In this document: piece after piece, positions 12,761 through 26,731 of the stretch
Layout of the letters: each line of letters opens with the position of its first letter
Numbering within the stretch: position 1 is the first letter of the stretch
Origin: Eledone cirrhosa
Taxonomy: Eukaryota
Assembly (NCBI GenBank): GCA_964016885.1
Contig: OZ024747.1
Location: 57,412,001 to 57,476,000 of the forward strand
Direction: 5' to 3'
DNA: 64,000 nt
The notes under the pieces: generated by a model
The model's database searches: none
What the model was told of the DNA's origin: nothing
The model's input: only the letters and a program-made list of their open reading frames with translations
Program-made: the position numbers and the translations under genes

Positions 12761-13332
12761 CTAAGGATAGAAAAAACAAAAGAAAAGAAACAAAAAGACT
12801 GAATATCACAATATCATACTGATAATTGAAAAAGATCATATTATCTCTATGATATTCTGATATTGATGAATTTTATTTTACTTTTTTCATGGATATATGC
12901 ATTTATTTCCATGTACTAAAATCTTTGCTAAACTTAAACCCTCCTGTTAGCTATATACCTCACATTCCATCTTTTGAAATGTGTGTAAGAAGAACATAAA
13001 TGTCTTAAATTCCTTGTAAACATTTGGGTTTATTATTTAAATGCTCCTTATCTGTGAACTCATACAATACACTAGTTTTATATACCAAACGGATTATACC
13101 TTGGATGACTCGGTTTGTTCTATTTGCAGATTGTAGGAACACATTGAGCTTGAAAATTCTTGGCATAACTTTACCTATTTTGATCTTTCAGTAAATTACT
13201 CTTATTATATTTACGCATGTAAATGTGGTATTTACATGCACATTTCTCATAGCTTCAGTTAAATCCTATACTGTTTCTGAACAGATATGAATTCTGTACA
13301 TCTGTTCAGTACACAATTATTATATATATGTG

Positions 13333-13915
13333 TCATCATCATCATCATCATACGTCCGCTTTTCCCTGCTTGCAAGGGTGGGACGGGTCTTATTCAGCAC
13401 AGCATCTCTCCACTCGTCACGGTCCTTCGTCATCTCACCGTGAGCTTCAATGATCTGAGGTCTGTTCTCACCACCTCCGCCCATGTTTTTCGTGGTCTAC
13501 CTCTACCACATCTTCCTTCAACTGGCATTTCCTGGCACTTCTTCACCCATCGGTCATCCTCCATGCGCATCACATGTCCATACCACCTCAGTCTCCTCTC
13601 CCGAACACTACATTCTATCCCTCTCAGACACAGTTTCTCTCTCAACACATTTATGCTGGGTCGTTGACGCACATTTACACTGCACATCCAACGGAGCATG
13701 CTTGCCTCATTTCTCTCCAACCGTCACATATCCTCTGCAGTTGCTGCCCATGTCTCACTACCATGCAGCATCGCGCTCCTCACACAGGCATCATACAACC
13801 GGCCTTTCGTATGCAGGGAGAAACCCTTCTTCATCAGCAGAGGAAGCAGCTCCCTAAACTTCTTCCAACCCGTCCTTATTCTAGATACTATGGCCTCGGA
13901 ACACCCTCCTCCCAT
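13333..13915 (-). mobile_element. RTE-clade LINE 3' fragment (short-3'UTR family)
   Basis: [20 protein letters not shown]...[21 protein letters not shown]...GRGRPRKTW, with a (GAT)n tail. Confidence 0.92.
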
Positions 13916-14391
13916 GTGTATATATATTTATATATATATATATATATAAATATATGTTATTTTTTTGAAACTATTATGTAATAGACATCACACTGCCTGG
14001 CCTGTTTTCTCCTTTTCTATGCCTCAGTGTCCTTCTTGGTCTGCACGTTGGACTATAGTCCTTATTCTCTTCTGGTTTACTATTTCTCTCCTTTATTTAT
14101 TTTCCTCCTTTGGCTAAGCCCTTGCACACTCTATATTTGTGTAATTTGTCTAAAGGCATAACCTATCTATGCTTGCTTTGTTGTGTCCCATTGTGCACTG
14201 GAATGAACAGTATCGACATTAATGTACTGAAACTGTAGTGATTTCAAGAGGTTGATTGAAGAAATGTATATAAATATATATATATATATATCAGGGGAAA
14301 TAGATGCTGCATTGGAGTTGTAGGGGCCCTGTATTGATATACAGCATTTCTAGGGAATTTTTTTAGATAAGGGTAGAGCGAGGGAGATAAT

Positions 14392-14487
14392 TGTTTCTAC
14401 TTTTGGCACAAGGCCAGCAATTATTCCAGTGTATTACTGGTACTTTATTTTATCGACCCCGTAAGGATGAAAGGCAAAGTTAACCGT
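14392..14487 (-). mobile_element. 5'-truncated SINE (GCCTTTCATCC...GTCGATAAAAT family) with a 12-bp TSD
   Basis: Flanked by GAGGGAGATAAT at 14380-14391 and 14488-14499. Confidence 0.85.
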
Positions 14488-14734
14488 GAGGGAGATAATG
14501 GAAGTGAAAAAGAGACACAGAGGAAAATCGACCCCAGTACTACAGAAATAGATATTAAATGATTATATATATATATGGTGATGATGATAGCATGAACCTA
14601 GTATACACTGTTAATTTGCTTGCATTGGGAAGGGTTTCCAACCAACCAACCAACCAACAGATTGAAGTGAAAACCAACAGGTGTGTGTGTTTTTATTGGC
14701 AACATGACCCTCCCAAAGTACAACAATATATATA

Positions 14735-15163
14735 TCTGGCGTCACGCAGTAATACAGAGTACCCGACCTCCCTACCCAATTACACCTCTCAAAGGCGATG
14801 ACACACGACCGTGACCTCTGGCGTCACGCAGTAATACAGAGTACCCGACCTCCCATGGGTACAAGCTGAAGCATATAGACAATATACCCCCACCCCAGCT
14901 CCCAACGCAAGGTGGTCGTGGAGGTGCCACGGCAAAAAAGCACCCAGCCACACTGTAAAGTGGACGTGTAGGCGCCACGGAAAAGCACCCAGCACTCACT
15001 GTAAATGAGGTTGGTGTTAGGAAGGGCATCCAGCTGTAGAAATCAAGCCAAATCAGTACCTGTATGAGCAAGGCATGGTCAGCCGACCAGACACTGCCCA
15101 CAACAGGACAACCCGTCTAACCCATGCTAGCGTGGAAGAACGGACGTAAAACGGTGATGATGA

Positions 15164-15166
<3 letters not shown>
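14735..15166 (+). mobile_element. RTE 3' end and 3'UTR fragment
   Basis: TGGCGTCACGCAGTAATACAG ORF end, 48-bp modules, AGGAAGGGCATCCAGC and a (GAT)n tail. Confidence 0.75.
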
Positions 15167-15217
<51 letters not shown>

Positions 15218-15289
15218 TGTGTGTGTGTGTGTGCATACATATTGATGTGTTTCTATGTAGCCAGTGTTTTATAAAATACGAGGTCAATG

Positions 15290-15830
15290 AGACTATTGGA
15301 AGTAAATCTGTTCCACATGTGACCACCACAAATGTAAATAAGGGGCAGTTTTCTTGTGAATCCAGCCGACAGGATGGAGAACACATTGCCCTTGAGGACG
15401 GCAAAGGAGATGTGCTGGAATGACCACTCCACCTCATGGGGCTCACACTTGCGTGTAGCCAGGTTCACTCTAATAGCAGTAAGCCGTGATGTAGTCTGGG
15501 AACCAAAAACGCTGGAAGTCTCCACTGCTACAGGCTCAACCACAAACCTATCAGAGTGTGGCCAATATTTTGACAGTTTGCCCTCTTTGGCTTGGCAGGC
15601 TGTGAAGCCTTGGCTGGTGGCTGAACGCAACAAATTTCCGCTAGAGAAGGTGTCATAACATGTGGCATCTCAGGTGAGGGGCCTACCCCTGTGGAACGGG
15701 AAGATTGTCATGGTGTCCGGCCTTTTACCATCCTCATGGTCCAGCCCTGTCGGTTCGAGCTTGGAAGGGGAGTCTGCTTCGTCTAGGCCAAGCTTTGTGG
15801 TCACCCTGAGAGCAGGATAGCATAAGTTTC
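15290..15830 (-). mobile_element. CRE-clade (restriction-like endonuclease) non-LTR retrotransposon C-terminal remnant
   Basis: - strand DGKRPDTMTIFPFHRGRPLT*DATCYDT, then KEGKLSKY...FVVEPVAVETSSVFG...QHISFAVLKGNVFSIL. This matches the RPD...WD.T...K..KY...ET.G...QRGNA pattern of CRE-type RLE domains. Confidence 0.75.
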
Positions 15831-15959
15831 CAATCTGGGCACTAACACAAGTATTTCATCAAGTACACAATCACATATTATAATACATTAATTATATATA
15901 CACACACTTTCACACATGTAATACATATTAACTATATATATATATATATATACACACAC

Positions 15960-16430
15960 ACTTACACCTCTCCAAGACAATGTCACTGGACCGAGATCTT
16001 TGGCGCTACACAGTAATACAGACGACCCGCCTTGCCTAAGTACAAAGCGAAACCTACAGTCAGTAGGCACCTCTAACAAAAATACACCCCCGTCCAACCA
16101 CCCCCACCCCATCCACACCACCCCTTTCGATGTAAAGATATGTTGGTACCACAGCATCCAGTCCGAAACAAATGAGGGCGTGTAGGTGTCACGACAAAAA
16201 AACACACAGTCCATGGTGTAATGTGGCCGTGTAGGTAACACGGTAAAAACCTCCCAGTCCACACTGTAAATGTGGTTGGTGTTAGGAAGGGCATCCAGCC
16301 ATAGAAAACCCACCAGACAGTCCTATGCGAGCAAGACATCCAATCTTGCTTCAAGTGGGAAAACGGCCGTCCAAACCCATGCAAGCGTGGAAGATGGACG
16401 TTAAACGATGATGATGATGATGATGATGAT
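15960..16430 (+). mobile_element. RTE LINE 3' end (long-3'UTR family)
   Basis: The ORF end [21 protein letters not shown] matches 46403 and 52850; 3'UTR and (GAT)n tail follow. Confidence 0.85.
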
Positions 16431-16960
16431 GACACACTTTCACACATGTAATCTATATTAACTATATACACACACTTTCACACATGTAATACATATTAAC
16501 TATCTACACACACTTTCACACATGTAATACATATTAACTATATACACACACTTTCACACATGTAATCTATATTAACTATATATACACACTTTCACACATG
16601 TAATACATATTAACTATATACACACACTTTCACACATGTAATACATATTAACTATCTACACACACTTTCACACATGTAATCTATATTAACTATATACACA
16701 CACTTTCACACATGTAATACATATTAACTATCTACACACACTTTCACACATGTAATCTATATTAACTATATACACACACTTTCACACATGTAATACATAT
16801 TAACTTTATACACACACTTTCACACATGTAATCTATATTAACTATATACACACTTTCACACATGTAATACATATTAACTATATACACACACTTTCACACA
16901 TGTAATCTATATTAACTATATACACACACTTTCACACATGTAATACATATTAACTTTATA
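16431..16960. repeat. 38-bp minisatellite, about 14 copies
   Basis: Unit CACACACTTTCACACATGTAATACATATTAACTATATA; a further copy at about 15901. Confidence 0.92.
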
Positions 16961-18749
16961 TACCCACTTGTTCAAACAGGTTGTAATATACATTAACTAT
17001 GTATACACAATATTTCTAAACACATTAAGTGTATATACACCTATTTTGTGTTTAATTCCCACTGAGGTTAACTTCAACTTTTATCCCTTTGAGGTTGAGA
17101 AATAAAGTACCAGTTATGTACTAGGGTGGATGATTTTTTGATACCTTGTTCTCACATCCCTCTGCTCTTTCTGAAGGAAATTAGCTGTGTTCAGACCTGG
17201 AAAGGGATGGGTGCCGCTAGATGTAAATGTCACTATGGCACCCCTAAAACTCAGGCTTATAGCATGGCATATATATAATATATATTTAATATACATATAC
17301 ACCCACTGTCACATGTTATATACATTAACCATATATACACATACTTTAACACATGTTGTAAAATACATTAAATATATGCATCTATCTATCTAACTATAAA
17401 AACAGAATTAGAATTTGGTTTCACGTTATCACATAACCGGTTACATAAAACTCATATATGTATATAATATACACATACCCACACATTTCATATGTACTAT
17501 ACATAAACTATATATACGCATACTTTCACACACATATCACATGCAGTTCTTGCTAGCAGGGAAAGCACTAAATGATGATGATGATGATGATGTCACACAA
17601 TTTGTAATATGCATTAACTATATACATGCATATTGTTATATATATCAACTATATATATACATACACTTTCTTGCAATTTGTAATATACATTAGCCATACA
17701 CACATACTCATAACACATAAACGTCTTTCTTACATATACAATGGTTGGTTCTATGAAGTGCATCCTACTGTAAAGTTTATGCTCTGTAGTTTTTATCCAA
17801 AGTTGTTCTGCTGATCTTGGGAACTCTTTGTCTCCTTACCATAATTTCTGGTTTCCAATATTCCATCTAGCTACTGAAATATATCTCTGTGTGTCATTGT
17901 CTTATATTCATTTTCCATCAATAGCGCCATAGAAATGGTTTTGCCAAATTTGGACAGAATTTTCCGTTTTGTTTTATTTTATTTTTACTTTGCTTTGTTC
18001 TTTTATATATTTCATTTTGTTTTTCATTTTCATTCAGTAGAATGGTTTCTTTCTATTGCTAACCACTCAACCGTAAAGTTAAAAGTAGCATTGTCTCTTT
18101 CTGCTTGGTTGACTAAGAAGAGCAAGTAGTAGAGTGATGTAACCCCTCCCTCCTCCAAGGTCTCTGTTCCCCACACCTCAGTTCACCATCCAGCTGTCTG
18201 GAATAAATTTCAGATTCTTCTTGGAGTCTTATCTGTGAGAGACTAACCCTATCCAGGAGGAGGACGCAGGCATGACCAAATGGTTAAGATACTTGCTTCA
18301 TAAAAATCTGGCTCTGTGTTTTATCCTACTGTATGGCATGACTTTTACTGTAAATTTGGGGTCAACCCAAGCATTTTGAGGGAAATTGGGCAAACATAAA
18401 CTGTTCGGAAGCTAGCCCATCAAATTGACTGAACCTGTGATTTAGTGGGTCAGCCTTCTTCCATGTTAAGGATACACGTGTCTGTGGAATTCTCAGCCAC
18501 TTACATGTTGATTTCCTTGGTTGATTAAACAACTAGAACACTCATCATAGAAACTGAAGGAAGTATATTTTCCATTTTTCCCCACCCACTTTTTCCCCAT
18601 TTTTTAATACTGGTTCTTCCTAATTCAACTTGTGATAAATCATACATACATGTGAAGTCTGTCTGATTGCTAGATGAGTATTAATTACCATTGCTGACAA
18701 GTAATGTGTTTCAATTGGTGTTTGTGAGTCCTGCAACAGTATACATATC

Positions 18750-18782
<33 letters not shown>

Positions 18783-18887
18783 CATTGGAGTATCACACCC
18801 AGTATTCCTTGCCCTTGTGCAGATTAGATTTGATTTTAGAGTAGGGATTTCTGAGTTCCCATGAACAGATAGCTTATCATGATTATG

Positions 18888-18919
<32 letters not shown>

Positions 18920-18921
18920 GC

Positions 18922-18980
<59 letters not shown>

Positions 18981-19495
18981 AAATGTTAAGACATGTTACA
19001 TAATTGTATTTATTGTATCATATGTATTTCAGTGTCACTAGTGTGGAGCTGTTATGCAAGCCACTTCATTTTACATTACATTTCATGGAAGGATTGGGAT
19101 CTTTATTAGCTAATATATATGTAAGGTGGTCGTGTAGGAGACACAGAAAAAAGGCTCCCAGTCCACACTGTAGATGTGGTTGGTGTTAGGAAGGGCACCC
19201 AGCTGTAAAAAACCTGCCAAAGACACTGCTGTACGAGCGAGGCATGGTCTCCCGACCATTCCCGCATCAAATGGAACAAAACCGTCGAACCCATGCTAGC
19301 GTGGAAGATGGCTATTAAACAATGATGATGGTGATGATATATATATATATATATATATAAAACTTGATATATATATGTATATATCATCATCATCACTGTT
19401 TTACGCCCATTCTTCCATGCTAGCATGGGTTAGACGAGTTGTCCTGTTGTGGGCAATGCTAGGTCAGGTGACCATGTCTTGCTCATACAGAACTG

Positions 19496-19531
<36 letters not shown>

Positions 19532-19546
19532 TTAATATAGAAATGG

Positions 19547-19595
19547 CTTCTACAGGAGTAAAACTGTTTCATTCAAAAGAAATCATCAGGAAAGT
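19547..19595 (-). ncRNA. Putative hammerhead ribozyme motif
   Basis: - strand TTTC-CTGATGA-TTTCTTTTGAAT-GAAA-CAG(TTTTACTC)CTG-TA-GAAG: conserved core with stems I and III and a short, weak stem II. Confidence 0.55.
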
Positions 19596-19661
19596 TTACA
19601 ATTTACTAATGTATTGAGTACCTTACTAACTGTGGTTAACCCCAGTTGAACCCAGGACTTT

Positions 19662-20082
<421 letters not shown>

Positions 20083-20098
<16 letters not shown>

Positions 20099-22033
20099 GA
20101 AATTATTGTGTACAGTGCTCAGGTGCACTACAACTCATCAAAGGTGCATGTATAGTACATAGAATAATGTACAAATGTCAGGAAAATAAACAGTGTATGA
20201 GTCATGATATAATAACAATAACAATAATGAAATATTGTGCACAGTGCCCAGGTGCACCACAACCCATCAAAAAAGTGCATGTACAGTACATAGGGCAATG
20301 CACAAACATCAGTAAAATGAACAGTGCACACATGTGTGCATGTGTATGGAAGGGGCACATCAGGTGTAGTTTTGGCGTATTTCGGGAAGCATGAGTGTCT
20401 TAAAGGATGCAGTGTCTCGGCAGCTAACAATTGACGCAGGCAGTTTGTTCCATGTTTCAGCAACTCTGAGCGTGAAAAAATGTCTGCGAAAGTCATGGGA
20501 GCTGTGCTGTTTTCTTATCTTGTAGGCATGTCCACGTGTGTTAGATACATGGAGATCAAAGAGGCGCTCAGGGTTGCAGTTGGCGAGATGGTTAAAAACT
20601 TTGTGGGTATTCACCAAGTCCACTGCCAGACGTCGGAGCTTCAATGAATCCATGCCCAGGGAAGCAAGGCGTTCAGAGTATGGTAGGTGTCTGATGGAGG
20701 GTATGCGCTTGGTTGCACGTCTCTGAACAGTTTCCAGGAGGTCAATGTTCCGAGCAAGATAGGGGTTCCAGACTGATGATGCGAATTCCAAGTGTGGTCG
20801 CACCATAGCTGTATACAGTTTTAAATAGATGGCTGGAGAGCGGCTAACAAAGGTCTTGCTGAGTGATGCCAAGACACCCTCGGCCTTCTTGACAATCTTA
20901 GAGACATGCTTTGTCCAACGCAAATCGTTGCTGACAGTAATGCCCAGGTCACGTTCACAAGAGGACTTTTTGATGTCAGTGTTGTGGAGGGAGTATGTGG
21001 ACGCTGGATTTTTCCTTCCAAAATGCATGGTGGTACACTTGTCCACAGCCAGCTTCAGTTGCCAGTCTGTGATCCATTGCTGCATTGTGTCCAGGTCTGA
21101 TTGTAGGAAAGAGTTGTAAATTTCAGGATCAGTCCTTTTGATTTCAAGGTACAGCTTGATGTCATCTGCATATTTTAGTACCGTGGCATTCTGTAAGTTG
21201 GCATCTATGTCATTAATATATGCCACAAACAAAAGAGGACCAAGAACAGATCCCTGTGGTACACCAGATGACATCTCATATGGTGAAGAATGCTGTCCTA
21301 GAACTGTGACTACTTCCTTTCGGCTGAGAATGAAGGATTTCAGCCAGTCGAAAAGATCATCCCTCACACCCATTGCAGAGAGTTTTGCCATAAGTCTTTT
21401 GTGTGGCACAGAATTAAAAGCCTTAGCAAAGTCAAGGTAAACAACATCCACCCATGAGCCGCTGTCAGTGATCCGGGTGATGTCCTCAAGGAACTCGATA
21501 AGCTGATCACAGCAGCTGGAGTTAGGGATAAATCCAAACTGTGAGGGCCGGATGAGGCTGTGAGAGCTCCAGAAGTTCCAAAGTGTTTCTCTGACACAGG
21601 ATTCCATCAGTTTGGCCATACAGCTAGTAAGACTGACTGGACGATAGTTGACAGGTGACATGCGGTTGCCCTTTTTGAACAGGGGAATGACACTGGCAGT
21701 TTTCCACTGCTCTGGAGTAGCACCATTGCTGAGACAGTATTGAAAGAAAAAAGAAAGCTGGCGCAAAAGGAAATCCCCGCCACGTTTGAGAAGCAGGTAT
21801 GTCACACCATCAAGACCAGGGGAGGCATAGTTGCGCTTATTCTTAAGGTGACGTCGCAACATTGCAGGTGTAAATTCCATAGTTGTTATGGAATTTGATG
21901 TTAGAGATGGTGGAGATGGTACATTCTGGTTTTCAACAGTAAAAATACTTGCATAGCACTCAGCAATGAGTTCTGCGCATTCTTTGGGATCGTCAGTGAT
22001 CTGGCTTGTGTGGGGATTGCGAAGAGGACCAAC
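20083..22033 (-). mobile_element. CR1-type LINE, 5'-truncated, with uninterrupted RT/C-terminal ORF (stop at 20360)
   Basis: SPGLDG, NYRPVSLTS, YLDFAKAFNSVPH, GVPQGSVLGPLLF, YADD, RDLGI, VRPHLEFAS, TRGH. No endonuclease domain. 3'UTR is tandemly duplicated, with an (ATT)n tail. Confidence 0.95.
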
Positions 22034-22165
22034 TAAAAGTCCTGGGTTCAACTGGGGTTAACCACAGTTAGTAAGGTACTCAATACATTAGTAAATTGTA
22101 AACTTTCCTGATGATTTCTTTTGAATGAAACAGTATATATATATATTTATATTTATATATATATA

Positions 22166-22202
<37 letters not shown>

Positions 22203-22280
22203 TACATATATATATATATTTATATTACATATATATATATATTTATATTACATATATATATTTATATTACATATACACAT

Positions 22281-22610
22281 GGGGCACATGGCTTAGTGGT
22301 TAGAGCATTGGCCTTGCAATCGAAAGGTTGTGAGTTCAATTCTCAGACCGGGTGATGCGTTGTTTCCTTGAGCAAGACACTTTATTTCACATTGCTCCAG
22401 TTTACTCAGCTGTAGAGATAGGTCCCTATCTGGGGTCCCTATCATTCCACCGTAAAGTGGCCGTGTAGGTGCCACAGCAAAAAAGCACCCAGCACTCACT
22501 GTAAATGAGGTTGGTGTTAGGAAGGGCATCCAGCTGTAGAAATCAAGCCAGAATCAGTTCCCGTCCTACCCTTGCAAGCAGGGAAAAGCGTAAAATGAAA
22601 TGATGAATGA
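22281..22610 (+). mobile_element. tRNA-derived CORE-like SINE with RTE-type tail
   Basis: A box TGGCTTAGTGG, B box GTTCAATTC, TTGAGCAAGACACTTTATTTCACATTGCTCCAG; tail shared with the RTE at 13333. Confidence 0.9.
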
Positions 22611-23000
22611 TACACACTGGAAATAACCCATATAAGTCACACAGGGATATAAGATGCTCCACTGTTTTACAAGTATTTACAATGTACCATATATTTTGAA
22701 TTAAGATTTTGCAGGTTCTGCCAGTTTTTCATATCTTATTTTCTTGAAAATAAGTGTGACTTATACATAAGCATATATATATTTACATATATATATATAT
22801 ATATACACATACATATATCGTTATCATGATATATATATATATATATACATACACACACATATACACAAACACACATATATAGAGAGAGAAAGAGAGATTG
22901 GACGAGTCTTTACATGCGCACAATGTAATATATAAAAGGTAGTAGGGAAAAATTGTTATATATATATATATATATATATGTACATATATATATACATATA

Positions 23001-23044
<44 letters not shown>

Positions 23045-23349
23045 TATATATATATATATATATATTATTAGATTGGATGATGCAAAATTCTAATACTTAA
23101 CACTCTTTGTTGTCCCCCCCCCACCATCCTACCCCTCTCCCCACTCCCCACCGGGTTCTTCTGTGATATCTCATGATTCTAAACACCTCCTGACAGACCC
23201 CTGCTCCCCCCTCCATAGCACCGTTCCTTAGATTGATGTCACTCTGCATTGTACTGATGCATGACTGCAATATATATGCAACATGCCTTTCAGTACACTT
23301 GCAATCCCTACAATGCACATTGCTGTCAATACAGTTCACTTCTTTGCAC

Positions 23350-23414
23350 GAAGATGATGATGATGGATGATGGTGGCGGTGGTGGTGGTGGTGGTGGCGG
23401 TGATAATCGACATT

Positions 23415-23456
<42 letters not shown>

Positions 23457-23523
23457 TTCATCACCACAATCACCCATTCATGTTATTGTGACTTATCACT
23501 ATATGCAGAGATTGTTGCCAATT

Positions 23524-23554
<31 letters not shown>

Positions 23555-24433
23555 CCGCCACCGCCACCACCACCACCATCATTGTTGTCATCACCATCAC
23601 CATCATCATTGTTGTCATCATCATCATTATCATCATCATCGTCATCAGCATCATTGTCATCAGCTGTTGCCACTGGCATCATGCTCAATATTCCTGCTAG
23701 CATCATCCGCATCATTATCATCACCTCCACCACAGCCGCTGCCACCACCATTTTCTTCATTATCATTGTCAATGCTACTGAACTACCCACCTCTTCCATC
23801 ATCATAACCATCATCATCATCATCACCACCACCAAATATGGTCGCTAAGAACAATATAATCGTCACCATATATATCATCATCGTTGCCAACACTATCATC
23901 TTCATCATCATTATAATCATCATCACCATCATCATCAACAGCCCCTTCATCACAATCATCATCATCATCATCATCATCGTCAACAGCCCCTTCATCACAA
24001 TCATCATCATCACCATCATCAACAGCCCCTTCATCACAATCATCATCATCATCATCACCATCGTCATCAACAGCCCATTCATCACAATCATCATCATCAT
24101 CATCATCATCATCAACAGCCCCTTCATCACAATCATCATCATCATCATCATCATCAACAGCCCCTTCATCACAATCATCATCATCACCATCATCAACAGC
24201 CCCTTCATCACAATCATCAACAACAGCCCCTTCATCACAATCATCATCATCATCATCACCTTCATCACAATCATCATCATCATCAACAGCCCCTTCATCA
24301 CAATCACAATCATCATCATCAACAACAGCCCCATCATCACAATCATCATCACCATCATCACCATCATCATCAACAGCCCCTTCATCACAATCATCATCAT
24401 CACCATCATCATCATCAACAGCCCCTTCATCAC

Positions 24434-24466
<33 letters not shown>

Positions 24467-24520
24467 CATCAACAGCCCCTTCATCACAATCATCATCATC
24501 ACCATCATCATCATCAATAC
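23350..24520. repeat. (CAT)n/(CAC)n compound microsatellite with recurring CAACAGCCCCTTCATCACAAT unit
   Basis: Directly visible; accounts for the poly-D/H/I/M ORFs. Confidence 0.95.
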
Positions 24521-25074
24521 CACAATACCACCTCACCACAATCTTACATTCTAACCAACATACATTCTACATAGATGCCCCCCCCCCCCCAACTCCCTCT
24601 CAGACATAATCTCCTGTTATATTTGCTCTGTTATATTCATTTTATTATTCTTTTTTAAACCTGTCATTCTGATTGAAAATTCCTATTTTCTAAGGATGTG
24701 ATTGCTGGTTGTGTGTATTGTTGTTGTTGCTGTTGTTGTTGTGTGTGTGGGTGGGGGGGGGGGGGGGGGGGTAAGCAGTTAAGAGGTTTACAGAACATTC
24801 TCGCTCTTTTTAGACCCCTTCTATCATTCCACCTCTGCCTGACTTTCAGATTTGTCCATAGCCCTGTTTGTATTGTGCATTTGACATTTTATAGTTCTGC
24901 TGTCTCCCCAGACACACACACACACCCACGCCCCCACCCTTCTCTCAGCCTCCTTCTAATTGTTAGTGGCATAGGGCAAAATGCTCAATTACTATGTATT
25001 TGTGTGGTAGTAAGAGCCATTTATTAGATCTGCTGAAGAAAGGTGATTTCACAATATATATATATATATATTCA

Positions 25075-25420
25075 TGGAGGCACATGGCTTAGTGGTTAGA
25101 GCATTGGCCTTGCAATCGAAAGGTTGTGAGTTCAATTCTCAGACCGGGTGATGCGTTGTTTCCTTGAGCAAGACACTTTATTTCACATTGCTCCAGTTTA
25201 CTCAGCTGTAGAAATGAGATGATAGGGACTGGGGTCCCTATCATTCCAATGTAAAGTGGTCGTGGAGGTGCCACAGTAAAAAAGCATCCAGCACTCACTG
25301 TAAATGAGGTTGGTGTTAGGAAGGGCATCCAGCTGTAGAAATCAAGCCAGAATCAGTTCTCATCCCACCCTTGCAAGCAGGGAAAAGTGGACGTTAAATG
25401 ATGATGATGATGATGATGAT
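25075..25420 (+). mobile_element. tRNA-derived CORE-like SINE, full length
   Basis: Near-identical to 22281-22610. Confidence 0.9.
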
Positions 25421-25856
25421 TCTGTGTGTGTATATATATATATATATATACTCTTTTACCTGTTCCAGCCATCTGGCTGAGGCCATGCTGGGGCACCGCC
25501 TTTGTTGCTACACATTCTATCTCCAGCCTTTGTTGGCTGGCCATTGGTGTAAGAGGGAGTTCGTTGCTGCTGCCCTTAGGTTATATTTATATTTATGTAT
25601 TTCATCATCATCATCATTTAATGTCTATCTTCCACGCTAGCATGGGTTAGACGGGAATTGTCCCATTTGAGGCAAGATTGGTCGGGTGACTGTGTCTCGC
25701 TCGTATAGGACTATCTGGCAGGTTTTTTACGGCTGGATGCCCCTCCTAACACCAACCACATTTACAGTGTGGACTGGGAGCTTTTTACCGTGTTACATAC
25801 ACGACCACATTTCAGTGTGGACTGTGTATTTTTTTATATATATATATATATTTATA

Positions 25857-25903
<47 letters not shown>

Positions 25904-25911
<8 letters not shown>

Positions 25912-26277
25912 AGATCAAAAGATGGTTAAAGAGTTCCATGTATTTTATTATGCGCATTTCAAAAACAAATATCATCATGCGATGACATTTGCGTTTTCGT
26001 CAGATAAAATAGGGAGACATGATATGAAGGTTAAAAAACACTTGTGAATAGTGCAGTTTTAAATCAACATATCATGTCTCCCTATTTTATCTGACGAAAA
26101 CACAAATGTCATCGCATGATGATATTTGTTTTTGAAATGCTCATAATAAAATACATGGAACTCTTTTAACCATCTTTTGATCTTATATTATTTATACTCC
26201 AGTCCTACAAACTGTAGAGTGCTACTTATCCGATATCTGCATTGCTTTATTGTACTACAATAAAACTCACCTCCTAC
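25904..26277. mobile_element. Penelope-like inverted-repeat element with hammerhead motifs, between (TA)n runs
   Basis: Arms 25904-26026 and 26068-26191 are near-perfect inverted repeats; one-sided tail to 26277. Confidence 0.8.
26085..26151 (+). ncRNA. Minimal hammerhead ribozyme (mirror copy on - strand in left arm)
   Basis: TTTTAT-CTGACGA-AAACACAAATGTCATC(GCAT)GATGATATTTGTTTTT-GAAA-TGCTCA-TA-ATAAAA. The mirror copy has a palindromic stem III, TGCGCA. Confidence 0.8.
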
Positions 26278-26308
<31 letters not shown>

Positions 26309-26538
26309 TAAGAAAATGTCAGATAACATTGTTTGGTTGCTCTAGCAATTTTACCCTCCTTTGATTATATTAGCTGCTGCATCTCAATGCCTATGGTGAT
26401 ACATGCTCACTATGATTATGTGGCTACCTTTCCAGTGTGTGTGTTTTGTTTTTGTTGCTTTTAGTAGTTGTGACCATATTCTTTGGGAATAGAAATGGAA
26501 TTAAATCTGTAAAACTACTATTATACTTTTATACAAAT

Positions 26539-26731
26539 AGGGCGGTGAATTGGCAGTGTCGGTAGAGGGTTGGACGCCATGCTTTGACGCATAGAGTTAC
26601 GGCCCTTGCTATTCTGAGTTCAAATCCCGCCGAGGTTAACTTTGCCTTTCATCCTTACGGGGTCGATAAAATAAAGTACCAGTAATGTACTGGGTAATTG
26701 CTGGCCTTGTGCCAATAGTTGAAACAATTAT
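26539..26731 (+). mobile_element. Second tRNA-like SINE family, near full length
   Basis: GAGTTCAAATCCCGCCGAGGTTAACTTTGCCTTTCATCCTTACGGGGTCGATAAAATAAAGTACCAG; other copies at 10128, 14392, 17055 and 55088. Confidence 0.85.

Noticed and set aside
22281-22360. tRNA gene
   Set aside because: It is the head of a multi-copy SINE running directly into CORE-like and RTE-tail sequence.
22631-22765. 12-bp inverted repeat TATAAGTCACAC/GTGTGACTTATA
   Set aside because: Probably an old MITE remnant, but no termini or TSD could be defined.
23097-24554. Poly-D/H/I/M ORFs (also 10480-10975 and 63193-64000)
   Set aside because: Trinucleotide microsatellites with no splice or homology support.
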